Shown piece by piece: positions 49,562 to 50,487 of a DNA stretch of 50,487 nt. The stretch spans positions 1 through 50,487 of the IMG/VR virus record IMGVR_UViG_3300029852_000012. One strand, given 5' to 3'. A program made the position numbers and the translations under genes. Source of the stretch: a virus. The notes below the pieces were generated by a model, which had not been told where the DNA came from, did no database searches, and worked only from the letters and a program-made list of their open reading frames with translations. The stretch's first letter is position 1; each line of letters begins with the position of its first letter.

Positions 49562-50487
49562 ATGGCTAGTGAAGAGGCTAAGGTCATTGAGGCCGAGAAT
49601 AGTACTGAAGTCTTGACAGCTTTCAACCGTATTCCTTATGCATTGATAAACGCAGAAGTTTCAGGTGCAGCAAAGGACACATTGGACGAGCTGACACAAA
49701 TCTGCAAATACTATAAAGTGTATAAGAAAGGTGCAAGTTTTACTGTTGAGGGTACGAACGGCGATTATGTGCCTGCCAAGCTTAATTATAAGATGGCCGC
49801 ATCCCTTATCAATAAGGAAGCGAGATTCCTCTTTGCTGAGCCACCTGACATTACGGTTGAGCCGAAAGGCGATGTTGGTAAGATTACCGAAGGCGCAAAG
49901 AATGCATTGACAGTTATGAACGACTTGGTTAAGACAATTCTTGATAAGAATAACTTCGAGGAAGCTCTTATCAAGGCAGCTAAAGATTGTTTCATTGGCA
50001 AGAGAGTTGCCGGCTTGGTAAACTTCAACGAGGAGGACGGAGTGACAATCACGTTTCTTCCATCTACGCAGTTTATCTATGACACAAAGGTTGGCAATCC
50101 GAATATAATAACCAAGTTTGTGTGTTTCATCATTGTAAAGGACAGCATTACATTAAGTGAGAAACGAATCTTCAAAAAGAAGTTCGAGCTTATCGATGAT
50201 GTGGTGTATCTGGAAGAAGTTCTTTATGATGGAGCCGGCAAGGAATTGGAGGTTGTGACTGAATATCAGGAAACTCTGATGCCTATGATTCCGGTAAGTA
50301 TCTTCATCAATGATGGTCTGTCTGGTGAGGATAAAGGTGAATCTGAGATTGAGATTCTGCAGGACGATGAATCTTGGTATAGCAAGCTGTCCAATGCAGA
50401 TATTGATGCTCAGAGAAAATCAATGAATCCTACTAAGTACACTGTGGATATGGAATCAAATTCTACCAAGGGTCTTTCCACTGCAGC
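49562..50487 (+). CDS. Portal protein, 5' part (runs off the window end and continues at 1..736)
   Basis: ATG 49562 follows AAGGAGG. The frame is open to the window end and in phase with 1..736. Begins MASEEAKVIEAENSTEVLTAFNRIPYAL...CKYYKVYKKG...LINKEARFLFAEPPD. Confidence 0.85.
   Translation, partial: MASEEAKVIEAENSTEVLTAFNRIPYALINAEVSGAAKDTLDELTQICKYYKVYKKGASFTVEGTNGDYVPAKLNYKMAASLINKEARFLFAEPPDITVEPKGDVGKITEGAKNALTVMNDLVKTILDKNNFEEALIKAAKDCFIGKRVAGLVNFNEEDGVTITFLPSTQFIYDTKVGNPNIITKFVCFIIVKDSITLSEKRIFKKKFELIDDVVYLEEVLYDGAGKELEVVTEYQETLMPMIPVSIFINDGLSGEDKGESEIEILQDDESWYSKLSNADIDAQRKSMNPTKYTVDMESNSTKGLSTA
50389..50487. repeat. Terminal direct repeat, identical to 1..99
   Basis: Exact 99-nt identity with the window start. 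Confidence 0.95.

Overview
The window is a complete, circularly closed dsDNA tailed-phage genome. Unit length is 50,388 bp: bases 1-99 recur exactly at 50389-50487, and the portal gene reads in phase across that junction. Every credible gene is on the + strand; the long minus-strand ORFs are shadows of + strand genes. AGGAGG-type ribosome-binding sites, sigma-A-like promoters and XhlA / SleB / SH3b lysis parts suggest a Firmicutes (gut Clostridia-like) host. I saw no integrase, repressor, tRNA or CRISPR array. Gene order: portal (3' part), MuF minor head protein with a long C-terminal extension, Zn-ribbon gene pair, scaffold, decoration-like protein, lambda-E-like major capsid, connector and tail-completion genes, major tail, chaperone, 1101-aa tape measure, Dit, Tal-like protein and tail fibre. 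Next comes a diversity-generating retroelement (fibre-like target with VR, avd-like gene, TR, RT), then CBM-like and XhlA-like genes. The early/middle region follows: primase, SSB-like protein, a nucleotide-metabolism block, DnaE, RecA-like protein, dCMP deaminase, nucleases, RNase H and many small ORFs. The genome ends with terS, terL, holin, endolysin and the portal 5' part. Observations most worth follow-up: (1) a textbook type-I hammerhead ribozyme motif at 20265-20321; (2) four ~110-bp palindromic intergenic elements built from ~10-bp-phased CCAGR / YCTGG arrays; (3) eight copies of a TGTACA-N17-TATAAT promoter; (4) a DGR whose RT carries a single in-frame TAA inside the LGxxxSQ motif and whose VR/TR pair shows non-adenine differences and a codon indel; (5) a pyrimidine-replacement-type nucleotide gene set built around two divergent ThyX-fold proteins. 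All functional calls rest on motifs read by eye from the translations; no database search was possible.
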